DNA of 64,000 nt, taken from Macrostomum hystrix. Its lineage: Eukaryota; Animalia; Platyhelminthes. Every line of letters begins with the position of its first letter. The first letter of the stretch is position 1. A program made the position numbers and the translations under genes. Where the stretch lies: assembly GCA_950097015.1 (NCBI GenBank), contig CATNEN010000029.1:6262001-6326000 (forward strand), given 5' to 3'. Under the pieces are notes generated by a model. That model made no database searches, had not been told where the DNA came from, and saw nothing but the letters and a program-made list of their open reading frames with translations. Positions 46,601-56,436 of the stretch are shown here, piece after piece.

Positions 46601-49600
46601 GGAGAGGACAGGAGTGGAGAGAAGAGGAGAGGCGAGGAGAGCAGAGGAGAGGCGAGAAGAGGAGAGGAGAGGACAGGAGAGGAGAGGAGAGGAGAGGAGA
46701 GGAGAGGACAGGAGAGGAGAGGAGAGGAGAGGAGAGGAGAGGAGAGGAGAGGAGAGGAGAGGAGAGGAGAGGAGAGGAGAGGAGAGGATAGGAGAGGAGA
46801 GGAGAGGAGAGGAGAGGAGAGGAGAGGAGAGGAGAGGAGAGGAGAGGAGAGGAGAGGAGAGGAGAGGAGAGGAGAGGAGAGGAGAGGAGAGGAGAGGAGA
46901 GGAGAGGAGAGGAGAGGCGAGGAGAGGCGAGGAGAAGAGAGGAGAGGAGACAGGACAGGACAGGACAGGAGAGGACAGGACAGGACGGGAGAGGAGAGGA
47001 CAGGAGGAGATAAGAAGCCGGGGATGGGATAAAGCAGGAGAGAGGGGCACTGAGATTTGAGAACGAGTTGATCAGAAAAAATCTGCCTAGATTAAAATTC
47101 GTAGCTGGAGTTAAATGAGCTCACGGAACGAAGGCTTTGATGACGCATGGATGGTTTGAGAACCCCAGACGATATTAGGCGAGCATTATAGATGCTGTGC
47201 ATGCAGCTGCATAAAACATGAGTCCAAGGACTATGGTGGTGATTTATGCTCACACACACAACTCATCATCTTTCATTGCGACTGTCGCCATAACGTTCGC
47301 GCAAACCAATATTAGCGAGCGCTGGCTTGGAAATTTGAGCCGATAGCGCAAACAGAAGACAAAATCTGGGATCTGCCGATGACTGGCAAATTTTATTATA
47401 GTCGATTTTTTAAATCAAAACTTGACTATGGCAGCAAATGAGAATAATTTTATTCAGTCCTATCATGTTATAAGTTGGACATATTATATGTATCCATTTT
47501 TTCAAATTTCATTCTCTCCCCCGAAGCATCTGTCGCTGATTCTGAGCTTGGCGACAGCTTGTCATTGTCAATTTCTTTTTTTCTTCCCCAATTTCGCGCC
47601 AAGTTCTCTTTTTTGGGGGTGGGAGAAATGCAATTTTCAACGCAGCAGGTACGGCCAAAAATGAAATGGAAGCTTTTAAAAATGGTTGAAGAGAGAAAAA
47701 AGGTTTGACTGCAGCGGTTGCGCAGACCCACCCACACGAACGACACTTGTTGTCTGGCCACTCGAAACCCAAAATGGGAAGATGGTCCTTTATTCCCCAT
47801 TTCCTTCCCCACCATTCCAGGCGATATCGCTAGCACATTGTCTGGCTGGGTGGGCTACCATAGGGCTTGGCAAACAAAGACCTCCCCCTGCACACTCAAG
47901 AGGGTCACGCCTCGGGGATATCATATAAGAATTTGCAGCTCACTTTTTAACCCCGCCTGCTCTCCGTGAAATCCCAACCAAGCGGTTCAACCACCCTGCC
48001 AGTGCCCACTCACTGAAACACATTTTTTAAAAAGCGTTTTTAAGCTTCAGCGCCAGACTGACTGATTGGAGTGACAGAAATATATAGACTGAATGAGAAT
48101 ATTTATTATATTTATCGTAGATGCTGTATTTGGGCACTGAGTGCAATGCAATATACTGGCTTTTAACCTCACTGATGAACGCAGAGTGATAGAGAAGCTG
48201 AGACTGAGAAGGAGGGGGAGAGAAGGAGAGGGAGAGAGAGAAGGAGAGATGGAGAGAGGGAGTGAAGGAGAGGGAGAGAGGGAGTGAAGGAGAGGGAGAG
48301 AGGGAGTGAAGGAGAGGGAGAGAGGGAGTGAAGGAGAGGGAGAGAGGGAGTGAAGGAGAGGGAGAGAGGGAGTGAAGGAGAGGGAGAGAGGGAGTGGAGG
48401 AGAGGGAGAGAGGGAGTGAAGGAGAGGGAGAGAGGGAGTGAAGGAGAGGGAGAGAGGGAGTGAAGGAGAGGGAGAGAGGGAGTGAAGGAGAGGGAGAGAG
48501 GGAGTGGAGGAGAGGGAGAGAGGGAGTGAAGGAGAGGGAGAGAGGGAGTGAAGGAGAGGGAGAGAGGGAGTGAAGGAGATGGAGAGAGGGAGTGAAGGAG
48601 AGGGAGAGAGGGAGTGAAGGAGAGGGAGAGAGGGAGTGAAGGAGAGGGAGAGAGGGAGTGAAGGAGAGGGAGAGAGGGAGTGAAGGAGATGGAGAGAGGG
48701 AGTGAAGGAGAGGGAGAGAGGGAGTGAAGGAGAGGGAGAGAGGGAGTGAAGGAGAGGGAGAGAGGGAGTGAAGGAGAGGGAGAGAGGGAGTGAAGGAGAG
48801 GGAGAGAGGGAGTGAAGGAGATGGAGAGAGGGAGTGAAGGAGAGGGAGAGAGGGAGTGAAGGAGAGGGAGAGAGGGAGTGAAGGAGAGGGAGAGAGGGAG
48901 AGAAGGAGAGGGAGAGAGGGAGTGAAGGAGAGGGAGAGAGGGAGAGAAGGAGAGGGAGAGAGGGAGAGAAGGAGAGGGAGAGAGGGAGTGAAGGAGAGGG
49001 AGAGAGGGAGTGAAGGAGAGGGAGAGAGGGAGTGAAGGAGAGGGAGAGAGGGAGTGAAGGAGAGGGAGAGAGGGAGTGAAGGAGAGGGAGAGAGGGAGTG
49101 AAGGAGAGGGAGAGAGGGAGTGAAGGAGAGGGAGAGAGGGAGTGAAGGAGAGGGAGAGAGGGAGTGAAGGAGAGGGAGAGAGGGAGTGAAGGAGAGAGGG
49201 AGTGAAGGAGAGGGAGCGAAGGAGAAGGAGAGAGGGAGTGAAGGATAGGGAGAGAAGGCGTGGCAGATGGAGAAGGAGCGGATGATGGAGAGATGGAGTT
49301 TCGAGATTAGGCTTAGAATAATTTTAGAGTGAAATGAAAAGAAAAGTAACAGGCAGTTCCGTATGATTAGTAAATGTCTGATAGTGGACAGATAATATAA
49401 TTTGTCTATTGCTGTGAAGCTATACTGTAAATAAAAGAAAGTTGCCAAGTGGTAGTGGATACAGGAACAGACAGACAGACCAACAGGTCCACTGGTCAAA
49501 TCGCGCAAACCTGAATGAAAAACTGATAAGTGAATCTATAGAAGAAGCATTCAATGTGGAATCATTGCTTCGGCATAAACAATATATTATATATATATTC

Positions 49601-52600
49601 AGGGCGAGATTTTTGTGGCGAAATCAGGCATGGAAGTAAAGCGGTTTCCTGTTACCCATTGGTATTATCATATGCGAGATAGCTTTGGATGTCGGGTCTA
49701 AAGGTCTAAAAGCCGGCCATTCCACCGGTTCGAAATATTTCTCATTCTTTGTGCTATTACGTAAGCTGATGTCTTAAAGTTTTGAACGGGACAGCAAAGC
49801 AAATGTCCGCAGTGCTATCTTCGGCAGATAGCGAACAACAGACTAAGGGCCTTTATCTCAGTTTGGTCCAGCAGAATCTTACCGATTTTGACAGACTAAA
49901 ATAATAAAGATACTCTTAATTATGCGCTTTGGTCAGTTTCCGGAATGTGGAATGCGGCTGTTGAATAGCGAAGGTCATGACTGCCGATGACGGAAGCAGC
50001 CAGGCGGAGGGCCATTGTCACTCTTTGTGAAAGTCAGACAAACACAAGGAGAGTCAGAAGGATTTCACAAGAGAGTCAGACAAACACCAGGAGAGTCAGA
50101 AGGATTTCACAAGAGAGTCAGACAAACACCAGGAGAGTCAGAAGGACACCAGGAGAGTCAGAAGGACACCAGGAGAGTCAGACGGACACCAGGAGAGTCA
50201 GAAGGACACCAGGAGAGTCAGACGGACACCAGGAGAGTCAGAAGGACACCAGGAGAGTCAGACGGACACCAGGAGAGTCAGAAGGACACCAGGAGAGTCA
50301 GACGGACACCAGGAGAGTCAGACGGACACCAGGAGAGTCAGAAGGACACCAGGAGAGTCAGAAGGACACCAGGAGAGTCAGAAGGACACCAGGAGAGTCA
50401 GAAGGACACCAGGAGAGTCAGAAGGACACCAGGAGAGTCAGACGGACACCAGGAGAGTCAGAAGGACACCAGGAGAGTCAGAAGGACACCAGGAGAGTCA
50501 GAAGGACACCAGGAGAGTCAGAAGGATTTCACAAGAGAGTCAGACGGACACCAGGAGAGTCAGAAGGACACCAGGAGAGTCAGACGGACACCAGGAGAGT
50601 CAGACGGACACCAGGAGAGTCAGACGGACACCAGGAGAGTCAGACGGACACCAGGAGAGTCAGACGGACACCAGGAGAGTCAGACGGACACCAGGAGAGT
50701 CAGAAGGACACCAGGAGAGTCAGAAGGACACCAGGAGAGTCAGACGGACACCAGGAGAGTCAGACGGACACCAGGAGAGTCAGACAAACACCTTGAGAGT
50801 CAGACAAACACCGGGAGAGTCAGACAAACACCACGAGAGTCAGACAAACACCGTGAGAGTCAGACAAACACCACGAGAGTCAGACAAACACCAGGAGAGT
50901 CAGACAAACACCTTGAGAGTCAGACAAACACCGGGAGAGTCAGAAGGATTTCACAAGAGAGTCAGACAAACACCAGGAGAGTCAGAAGGATTTCACAAGA
51001 GAGTCAGACAAACACAAGAGAGTCAGAAGGACACCAGGAGAGTCAGAAGGACACCAGGAGAGTCAGAAGGACACCAGGAGAGTCAGAAGGACACCAGGAG
51101 AGTCAGAAGGACACCAGGAGAGTCAGAAGGACACCAGGAGAGTCAGACGGACACCAGGAGAGTCAGAAGGATTTCACAAGAGAGTCAGACGGACACCAGG
51201 AGAGTCAGAAGGACACCAGGAGAGTCAGACGGACACCAGGAGAGTCAGAAGGACACCAGGAGAGTCAGACGGACACCAGGAGAGTCAGACGGACACCAGG
51301 AGAGTCAGAAGGACACCAGGAGAGTCAGAAGGACACCAGGAGAGTCAGAAGGACACCAGGAGAGTCAGACGGACACCAGGAGAGTCAGACGGACACCAGG
51401 AGAGTCAGAAGGACACCAGGAGAGTCAGAAGGACACCAGGAGAGTCAGACGGACACCAGGAGAGTCAGAAGGACACCAGGAGAGTCAGACGGACACCAGG
51501 AGAGTCAGACGGACACCAGGAGAGTCAGAAGGACACCAGGAGAGTCAGAAGGACACCAGGAGAGTCAGAAGGACACCAGGAGAGTCAGAAGGACACCAGG
51601 AGAGTCAGACGGACACCAGGAGAGTCAGACGGACACCAGGAGAGTCAGACGGACACCAGGAGAGTCAGAAGGACACCAGGAGAGTCAGAAGGACACCAGG
51701 AGAGTCAGAAGGACACCAGGAGAGTCAGAAGGATTTCACAAGAGAGTCAGACGGACACCAGGAGAGTCAGAAGGACACCAGGAGAGTCAGACGGACACCA
51801 GGAGAGTCAGACGGACACCAGGAGAGTCAGACGGACACCAGGAGAGTCAGAAGGACACCAGGAGAGTCAGAAGGACACCAGGAGAGTCAGAAGGACACCA
51901 GGAGAGTCAGAAGGATTTCACAAGAGAGTCAGACGGACACCAGGAGAGTCAGAAGGACACCAGGAGAGTCAGACGGACACCAGGAGAGTCAGACGGACAC
52001 CAGGAGAGTCAGACGGACACCAGGAGAGTCAGACGGACACCAGGAGAGTCAGACGGACACCAGGAGAGTCAGACGGACACCAGGAGAGTCAGAAGGACAC
52101 CAGGAGAGTCAGAAGGACACCAGGAGAGTCAGACGGACACCAGGAGAGTCAGACGGACACCAGGAGAGTCAGACAAACACCTTGAGAGTCAGACAAACAC
52201 CGGGAGAGTCAGACAAACACCACGAGAGTCAGACAAACACCGTGAGAGTCAGACAAACACCACGAGAGTCAGACAAACACCAGGAGAGTCAGACAAACAC
52301 CTTGAGAGTCAGACAAACACCGGGAGAGTCAGACAAACACCACGAGAGTCAGACAAACACCGTGAGAGTCAGAAAAACACCACGAGAGTCAGACAGAGTC
52401 AGACTGTCAGGTAAGTGTCAGTTGCAGCTGTTGTAAAATTGGCTCCTCACTGTTACAATCCCCAGAGAACTGCAGTGAGCGGTCTGTTGCAGGTGAGTCA
52501 CAGCTAAGCCAACGCCACACAGGCAACTCGGCAGAAGCAGCTGACTGTAACAATGCGGATCCCATCCCGTCGAGAGCAAACTGAGAAGATGCTTTTTCCT

Positions 52601-53344
52601 CTCCTTCTTTCTCTCTATCACTCAGAAGCAGAATTTGGTTCCAGGAAAGTGTTGAGTAGAAGGCATTGTGAACTGGCGTAGACTTTTTTCTTTTCAAGCA
52701 GAAAGCATAATTTCATTCTCCTTAACTTTTTTCTGCCACTCATTTTCATCCCAACCAGAGGGTATAGATAGGCAAGTGTCTGCTAGCTAGAGATGATGCG
52801 CTATTGAGAATAGAACAATTATTCTTTTTGTTAAACTGTTATTTGAATTGTTTTGTGGGTTGAGCAGGATTGCCCCTGTCTCACTGCAACTTATGCAGTA
52901 AAACTTATAATAGCGGACAGGACAGAGGATAGCTGGCTTTCTATTGTAAGTACTTGATTATTAGCCACTTCTTGATCTCTAGCTGGGGTCTCGGGTCTTG
53001 GAGGCGGAGGGATCAATTGAGATAGCTTTTTTGCTCTGTTATTCTAAAACAATTGCACTGGAACTCATATAGCCTGAATAGTTAAAAATACATGTGGTAT
53101 TGTGGTATCTAGGTGGCTTGGGAGGGAACAGAGGGGAGGGGAAGTGATCCCTCAGATCCCCAGATCCTATTCTCAGCAGTGGAGCAAATCTAACAATCCA
53201 GATTAGCTGATTACAATGGGCCAGTTTATTCCCAATCAAATTTAGAGTCTAAATCTTACCTGTTTCAACGGCCAACATTGTTGATATATTGAGCAATAAT
53301 GCAATCGTTATCGGAAATAGAGTAGATGCCATTGGATTAGTCAT
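7401..53344 (-). CDS. Eph: Eph receptor tyrosine kinase, complete 13-exon CDS: join of 53344-53260, 45359-45289, 40900-40189, 34164-34006, 26992-26681, 25963-25758, 21892-21817, 21135-20961, 18143-18082, 17653-17615, 15820-15408, 14037-13457, 7674-7401; 3165 nt, 1054 aa
   Basis: All introns are GT..AG with matching phases and the summed length is divisible by 3. Domain order is the canonical Eph order: SP, LBD ([44 protein letters not shown]), Cys-rich, FN3 x2, [12 protein letters not shown], kinase ([37 protein letters not shown]), SAM, PDZ-binding YMV. Confidence 0.95.
7724..13155. repeat. 23-bp satellite GGGATCTCAGACTGTGAGAATCA, about 235 copies, filling Eph intron 12
   Basis: Highly homogeneous array with recurring variants (CATAC, CGGAC, TAAGAC, GACAG). 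Confidence 0.97.
13156..13352 (+). mobile_element. Second tRNA-derived SINE-like family (B), at the end of the 23-bp satellite
   Basis: TGGCAAAGCGG A-box-like and AGTTCGATTCC B-box-like motifs; body (gcgaggccacatt..gcgcagccgcggagagaaggcttgggg..gccaacctccaaggcacagtgag) shared with 58310-58585. Confidence 0.7.
13457..14037 (-). CDS. Eph: Eph exon 12: kinase C-lobe
   Basis: [81 protein letters not shown]; tctcgcag| acceptor, AG|GTGATT donor. Confidence 0.97.
14095..14425. repeat. 45-bp minisatellite AGAATCCCAAGATTTAGCTTTGGGATTTCGGCTCCCAATTCTTAT, about 7 copies
   Basis: 15-aa periodicity in the ORF track; internal inverted repeat aatccca...tgggatt. Confidence 0.9.
15219..15400. repeat. Short diverged array of the same 23-bp unit as 7724-13155, abutting the exon 11 donor
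   Basis: gagaatcagggatctcagac units, about 8 copies. Confidence 0.92.
15408..15820 (-). CDS. Eph: Eph exon 11: juxtamembrane [10 protein letters not shown] motif and kinase N-lobe
   Basis: [77 protein letters not shown]; ccctacag| acceptor, CGG|GTGAGC donor. Confidence 0.97.
15905..17283. repeat. 15-16-bp G-rich minisatellite GGGATTGGGAAGTTTA, about 85 copies
   Basis: Tandem periodicity; two G3 tracts per unit. Confidence 0.93.
17615..17653 (-). CDS. Eph: Eph exon 10: 39-nt symmetric juxtamembrane microexon (N)[12 protein letters not shown], probably optional
   Basis: cacattcag| acceptor and T|GTGAGT donor; phase 1/1; open in frame; resembles the end of exon 9. Confidence 0.65.
17694..17919. 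repeat. 32-bp minisatellite AATCCGCCCCCATCCAGCTCAATCTACAGTAG, about 7 copies
   Basis: Tandem periodicity; ends about 40 nt from the microexon acceptor. Confidence 0.92.
18082..18143 (-). CDS. Eph: Eph exon 9: juxtamembrane (R)[20 protein letters not shown]
   Basis: cctcgcag| acceptor, A|GTGAGT donor; phase 2/1 fits its neighbours; GC-rich codon usage. Confidence 0.85.
18573..20922. repeat. 33-bp minisatellite CTACTCCAGGTATTGGTAGGTTAGATCTCTAAT, about 70 copies (Eph intron 8)
   Basis: Tandem periodicity, more diverged toward the left end. Confidence 0.96.
20961..21135 (-). CDS. Eph: Eph exon 8: linker and transmembrane helix ([23 protein letters not shown], then SRRG)
   Basis: 23-residue hydrophobic run followed by a basic stop-transfer; cttttgcag| acceptor, CG|GTGAGT donor; phase 1/2. 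Confidence 0.93.
21817..21892 (-). CDS. Eph: Eph exon 7: end of FN3-2, [25 protein letters not shown]
   Basis: Completes Q|IRART..G.G.YS, the standard Eph FN3-2 ending; ctttgcag| acceptor, C|GTAAGT donor. Not in the ORF track. Confidence 0.93.
22528..25757. repeat. 30-bp minisatellite GAAGGATCTGACAGAGAAGCTGCAGTCACT, about 107 copies (Eph intron 6), starting at the exon 6 donor
   Basis: 10-aa periodicity in several frames; AATGATCT variant recurs at about 23431, 24331 and 25111. Confidence 0.97.
25758..25963 (-). CDS. Eph: Eph exon 6: second FN3 domain, N-terminal part (...[13 protein letters not shown])
   Basis: cccgcag| acceptor; FSW..I..FELK and L.NL...QTYLVQ FN3 motifs; CAG|GTGAGA donor at 25756-25757, which is also the start of the 30-bp array. 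Confidence 0.9.
26238..26520 (-). mobile_element. SINE family A, full-length copy in Eph intron 5
   Basis: Near-identical reverse complement of 44678-44965; A and B boxes present; followed by a (TAA)n-rich tail at about 26190-26235. Confidence 0.88.
26681..26992 (-). CDS. Eph: Eph exon 5: first fibronectin type III domain
   Basis: PPSAPR...[21 protein letters not shown]...[23 protein letters not shown]; ctcgcag| acceptor, T|GTGAGT donor. Confidence 0.95.
27134..27675. repeat. 21-bp minisatellite GAAGGATTAGGGGGCGAGCCT, about 26 copies
   Basis: Tandem periodicity. Confidence 0.92.
28297..30807. repeat. 32-bp minisatellite CCCCTTTAACCTCAGGTTGTTCAGTGTCTTAT, about 78 copies
   Basis: Tandem periodicity with AT/GG and TGT/AGT variants. 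Confidence 0.96.
32755..33100. repeat. About 18-bp minisatellite TTTATCAATCTGACCCTC with degenerate copies to the left
   Basis: Recurring TATCAATCT core. Confidence 0.85.
33759..33998. repeat. Hexanucleotide microsatellite (AGTCCC/AGTCCT)n directly after the exon 4 donor
   Basis: About 40 units; produces the artefactual GL/WD ORF. Confidence 0.95.
34006..34164 (-). CDS. Eph: Eph exon 4: Cys-rich/EGF-like region [52 protein letters not shown]
   Basis: Hand translation matches the Eph CP..SYK...C..CP.NS...C.C..GFYR....ACT pattern; cctcacag| acceptor, A|GTGAGT donor; phase 1/1. Confidence 0.95.
34180..34440 (+). mobile_element. SINE family A, diverged copy abutting the exon 4 acceptor
   Basis: GGTTCGATTCC, ccactggaacaatttgtgtcc, cagtccatggactgaacagctgtacgcagccttcagatgcgccgcgc and other segments shared with the 44678 copy. 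Confidence 0.85.
35570..37213. repeat. Composite satellite: about 22-bp CCTACCTGATCCCAACTCGATC subunits organised in about 148/172-bp higher-order units
   Basis: Landmark ctctaaacttt recurs 8 times at about 148 or 172 bp spacing. Confidence 0.92.
37888..39113. repeat. 19-bp purine-rich minisatellite GGGAGGGAGAGAGGAACAT, about 64 copies
   Basis: Tandem periodicity. Confidence 0.95.
39716..40160. repeat. 34-bp minisatellite CTGACACACTGAGGGATCTGGGAGGCTGGGGTGG, about 13 copies
   Basis: Tandem periodicity; starts about 28 nt after the exon 3 donor. Confidence 0.95.
40189..40900 (-). CDS. Eph: Eph exon 3: ligand-binding domain and first part of the Cys-rich region
   Basis: [19 protein letters not shown]...[26 protein letters not shown]...CVCSAG...SCD; acceptor ggcag|TGG at 40901-40902 (the last unit of a 57-bp array); donor C|GTGAGT. 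Confidence 0.92.
40898..41253. repeat. 57-bp tandem repeat (6 full copies and 1 partial) containing the exon 3 splice acceptor and first codon
   Basis: Unit starts at 40898, 40955, 41012, 41069, 41126, 41183 and 41240; each reads ...CAATGGCAG|TGG on the - strand. Confidence 0.95.
41879..43268. repeat. 21-22-bp minisatellite GGGAATGGAATA(A)GGATGATCT, about 63 copies
   Basis: Tandem periodicity. Confidence 0.94.
44678..44991 (+). mobile_element. SINE family A, full-length copy with A/T-rich tail and probable target-site duplication
   Basis: A box TAGCCTAGTGG (44683-44693); B box GGTTCGATTCC (44727-44737); flanks ataatagaaaga (44666-44677) and ataatagcaaga (44992-45003) differ by one base. Confidence 0.9.
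45014..45249 (-). mobile_element. SINE family A, diverged and internally deleted copy, inverted relative to 44678
   Basis: Reverse complement of the family consensus (gaatcgaacccccgaccttcaa...ggctacaacc). Confidence 0.85.
45289..45359 (-). CDS. Eph: Eph exon 2: start of the ligand-binding domain, (D)[23 protein letters not shown]
   Basis: Acceptor ttgttgcag|; LLDT motif as in Eph LLDS/T; phase-0 donor GGG|GTGAGA directly before the conserved Trp of exon 3, matching the vertebrate Eph G|W junction. Confidence 0.88.
46474..47010. repeat. (GGAGA)n pentanucleotide microsatellite
   Basis: About 105 units. Confidence 0.96.
48213..49248. repeat. 20/22-bp polypurine minisatellite GAGGGAGA(GA)GGGAGTGAAGGA
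   Basis: Tandem periodicity; almost purine-only on the + strand. Confidence 0.94.
50030..52405. repeat. 20-bp minisatellite CAGGAGAGTCAGA(A/C)GGACAC, about 118 copies, with 21-22-bp GATTTCAC and CAAACAC variants
   Basis: Tandem periodicity; variant blocks are themselves duplicated (the cttgagag/cgggagag block occurs at about 50790, 50910, 52180 and 52300). Confidence 0.95.
53260..53344 (-). CDS. Eph: Eph exon 1: signal peptide [28 protein letters not shown]
   Basis: ATG at 53344 with an in-frame upstream stop; hydrophobic core; phase-1 donor G|GTAAGA; G+AT joins exon 2 as Asp. Confidence 0.85.
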
Positions 53345-53599
53345 GATTCTTCGACTCAAATTGTGTTTGTTTTTTAGTAAAACGGCCCTTTTTAGGGCAT
53401 TGTATTGTCGCTTAAAGAAAGTTCAGATAATTTTTCAGTCTGCTTGGCTTTCTGTTCAGGCTAGTCAGCGGACTGACAGAAGGGAATTTCGGATAGCCAG
53501 CAAGACGGCGGCTAATCCTGTTTAATAATTCTTCAACTGGTGACTGGCTGACTGGCTGACTGGCTACTGGTCCGTGAGTATTGTAATAAATAGCTGTTT

Positions 53600-53700
53600 G
53601 GGCTGAGACCTGGCGCCGCCGCAGCCGCCGCCACTGGTTCTTAAAAGACAGTTTTTTTAGTTTTAGCTCGATCTCATTGGCTGGCGGGCCTGGCCAATAG
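53600..53700 (-). promoter_or_regulatory. Candidate Eph core promoter (CCAAT boxes, TATA-like TTTTAAGAA, GC-rich tract)
   Basis: ATTGG at 53676-53680 and CCAAT at 53694-53698; GCC-rich run at about 53612-53635; about 260-350 nt upstream of the ATG. Motif matches only. Confidence 0.35.
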
Positions 53701-55129
53701 GAATCGGGGTTGCACTCTACTCAGGATTTTGAGAGTCTGGGACAATGGAGAAAGCGATGAGGGGCCTAAACTGAGGAATACCGTGATCCGCCTTAGATCC
53801 CAGTCAGGTCCCCTCGTCGGGATTGTGTAATCCCCAGAATACAAGCCACCCTGTTAGCTCTGAAACAAAGCGGTTCAATATTTTTAGTTGCAGGCCATCA
53901 CCAGACCAGAGGCCAAATCTTGCCGTATTTCAGTGGAAATCGAATCGGACAGGCCCCTGAAAGCTGCCGCAGTTGGGGGTCCGGCGGTCAGGGAGGGGAT
54001 GAGATGGAGTGGGCCTAAAGTTTGGGAGCTTGGCAACCGGGAGACGTCAGCTGTTGACAAGGATTATTGAAATGCTGGCCAAGTTTTATTTCCTATACGG
54101 CCTTGTTTTACAAGATGAATGAATGTTCGACCGGGAAAAAATAAATTAGGCCGACTAAAAGAAGAAGAAAAGTCATTAACCTGGGCCCGCGCAAATCTTA
54201 GCGCAAAGTCAGGCAAGGATTAAAGCAAAGTAGCTTGTTTAGAAAAGTTGGAAACGGCAGGTAAGGCAGTGTAATCCTTCAGTCCAATGCGCATCTCCCC
54301 TGTATTCGCTGCCTCATCATGTTTGCAGACCTGTCAAATAGGTTAAGCTTCTGCTATCGCATTAAATATATGGAGCCTGGGGAAGGTGCAGTCAGTGTTT
54401 GCGCTGTGGCTAAACAGATGTGATGGCTATATAGTGTGGGATGGGATCACAGACTACTAGACAGGTGAGAAACCGGGAGGAGGGTTGTCGCCCTCTGATA
54501 GTCGAGTGGCTAGCGTTTATTCATAGAGCATTAATATTATAGAGACTGCATATGTTTGCCCAATTGCTCATCTGTGCTCACAGTGTGCTCAAAGCCAGAT
54601 CCCACTGTCAAAGCCATCATCAGATAAGAATTGTGACGACAAAAGTTGGCTATAGAATTTTGTTAGATAGAATTATAATTTTTGACATAAAAACACACGA
54701 GTATAAATGCGGGTCTATTAAAAGTCAACTCAACCGGTATGTCTGTCTGGATGCTATAGGGGTGGCACCAAAATTAGGTCGAGTATCCTATCTGACAAAA
54801 ACCAGCCAACGATTTAGACAGAATAGTCGGTCTAGCCAGGCAGAAAGATTTAAACAATAACTGATTCCGATTGGAGCAGCAGCTACTCTACTAGGTTGGC
54901 GAGACTTTTAACTTCTCTGACAGCTTTGCATTGGTTCCGCGGCTCCGCCTCGTCTGATCTCTGAAGCTCTTTGTTCTGTTGTTTCGGTCCACAGATTTCC
55001 TGACTGACGTGGCTGCCTGAGCAATGGGATATGGGCCTTTCAACACCGAACTACTCCTATAGCTTCCTAGCGACATGTTTTTCCATATTTCTTCTTTTCT
55101 TGTTTGTCTATCCGTGCCCTCCACTCTCC

Positions 55130-55590
55130 ACTCTCCACTCTCATGTTTTCTACCGTTTTAATATCCAGATACATTTCTATTCTCTATCATCTTCCCATTT
55201 TCTCCGCATTCTAATCCTTCCAACCATTCTTCCCTTCCCATTGTGATTCCTCCTCCCATTCTGCCCTTTCAAATCTCCTCCCTCTTTTCTTCTCTCCTTC
55301 CCATTCTCACCCTTCTTGACATTCTTCCCTTCCTTTTTATCCCTCTTCCTAGTTTTATCCCTGTTTACATTCTTCCCCTCCCATTCTCATCTCTTCTCTC
55401 CTTCCTATTCTTATCCCCTTCCTATTTTTCCCTTCCTATTCTCACCCCTCTTCCCATTCTCATCTCTCCTCCCATTCTCCCCTTCCTATGTTTATCCTTC
55501 TTCCCATTCTCCCCTTCCTATTCTAACCCCTCTTCAAATTCTCATCCGTCTTCCCAGTCTCTCCCCTCTTCCCATTGTCTGCCAATCTCC
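55130..55590. repeat. C/T-rich low-complexity tract (TTCCCATTCT-like)
   Basis: Almost no G on the + strand. Confidence 0.75.
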
Positions 55591-56004
55591 TACTCCAACG
55601 GTTCTTAGAAACGGTTCTTAGAAATTCAGATTCATTGTAACTCAGCTTGTGCTTGGCTATACGCTCGTATGTACCTAATAAATTAGAGTTACATTTATTA
55701 CTAAACCGGGCGAAAATATACTTGAGAATTTCTTTTAAAAAGGGAAGTTATTCTAAAGCTAACTAAAAAACCTGCTACAACTAGACATGGCTTTAAAAGT
55801 TCGTGCTTTTTAACCCTAAAAAACTTTTTTATTTAATCTTGATCCTAAAATTGGTGGGTGGCCTTCAATCTAAATTGTACCCAAAATCTATTTTGGTCTA
55901 GTTTACTCGGCTAAATACCAACATAAGGCCCTTAAAATAGATTATTGTCTTGATAAAGCTAGGAATACAACCTAGTATAGTTTTTACTAACTCACTCTAC
56001 CCTT

Positions 56005-56436
56005 CAGTCTACCAGCCTACTCTACTAGACTCACTACTGTCTGTCTCAATCTACCATTCAGTCTACCAACCTACTCAACTAGACCCACTACTGTCTCAAT
56101 CTACCATTCAGTCTACCAACCTACTCTACTAGACCCACTACTGTCTCAATCTACCATTCAGTCTACCAACCTACTCTACTAGACCCACTACTGTCTCAAT
56201 CTACCATTCAGTCTACCAACCTACTCTACTAGACCCACTACTGTCTCAATCTACCATTCAGTCTACCAGCCTACTCTACTAGACCCACTACTGTCTCAAT
56301 CTACCATTCAGTCTACCAACCTTACTCTACTATACCCACTACTGTCTCAATCTACCATTCAGTCTACCAACCTACTCTACTAGACCCACTACTGTCTCAA
56401 TCCACCATTCAGTCTACCAACCTACTCTACTAGACC
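56005..56436. repeat. 50-bp minisatellite CTACTCTACTAGACCCACTACTGTCTCAATCTACCATTCAGTCTACCAAC, about 8-9 copies
   Basis: Tandem periodicity. Confidence 0.93.

Noticed and set aside
49987-52436. 547-799-aa [14 protein letters not shown] proteins
   Set aside because: The 20-bp unit is not a multiple of 3 and all frames cycle through the same peptide, which is typical of a non-coding array.
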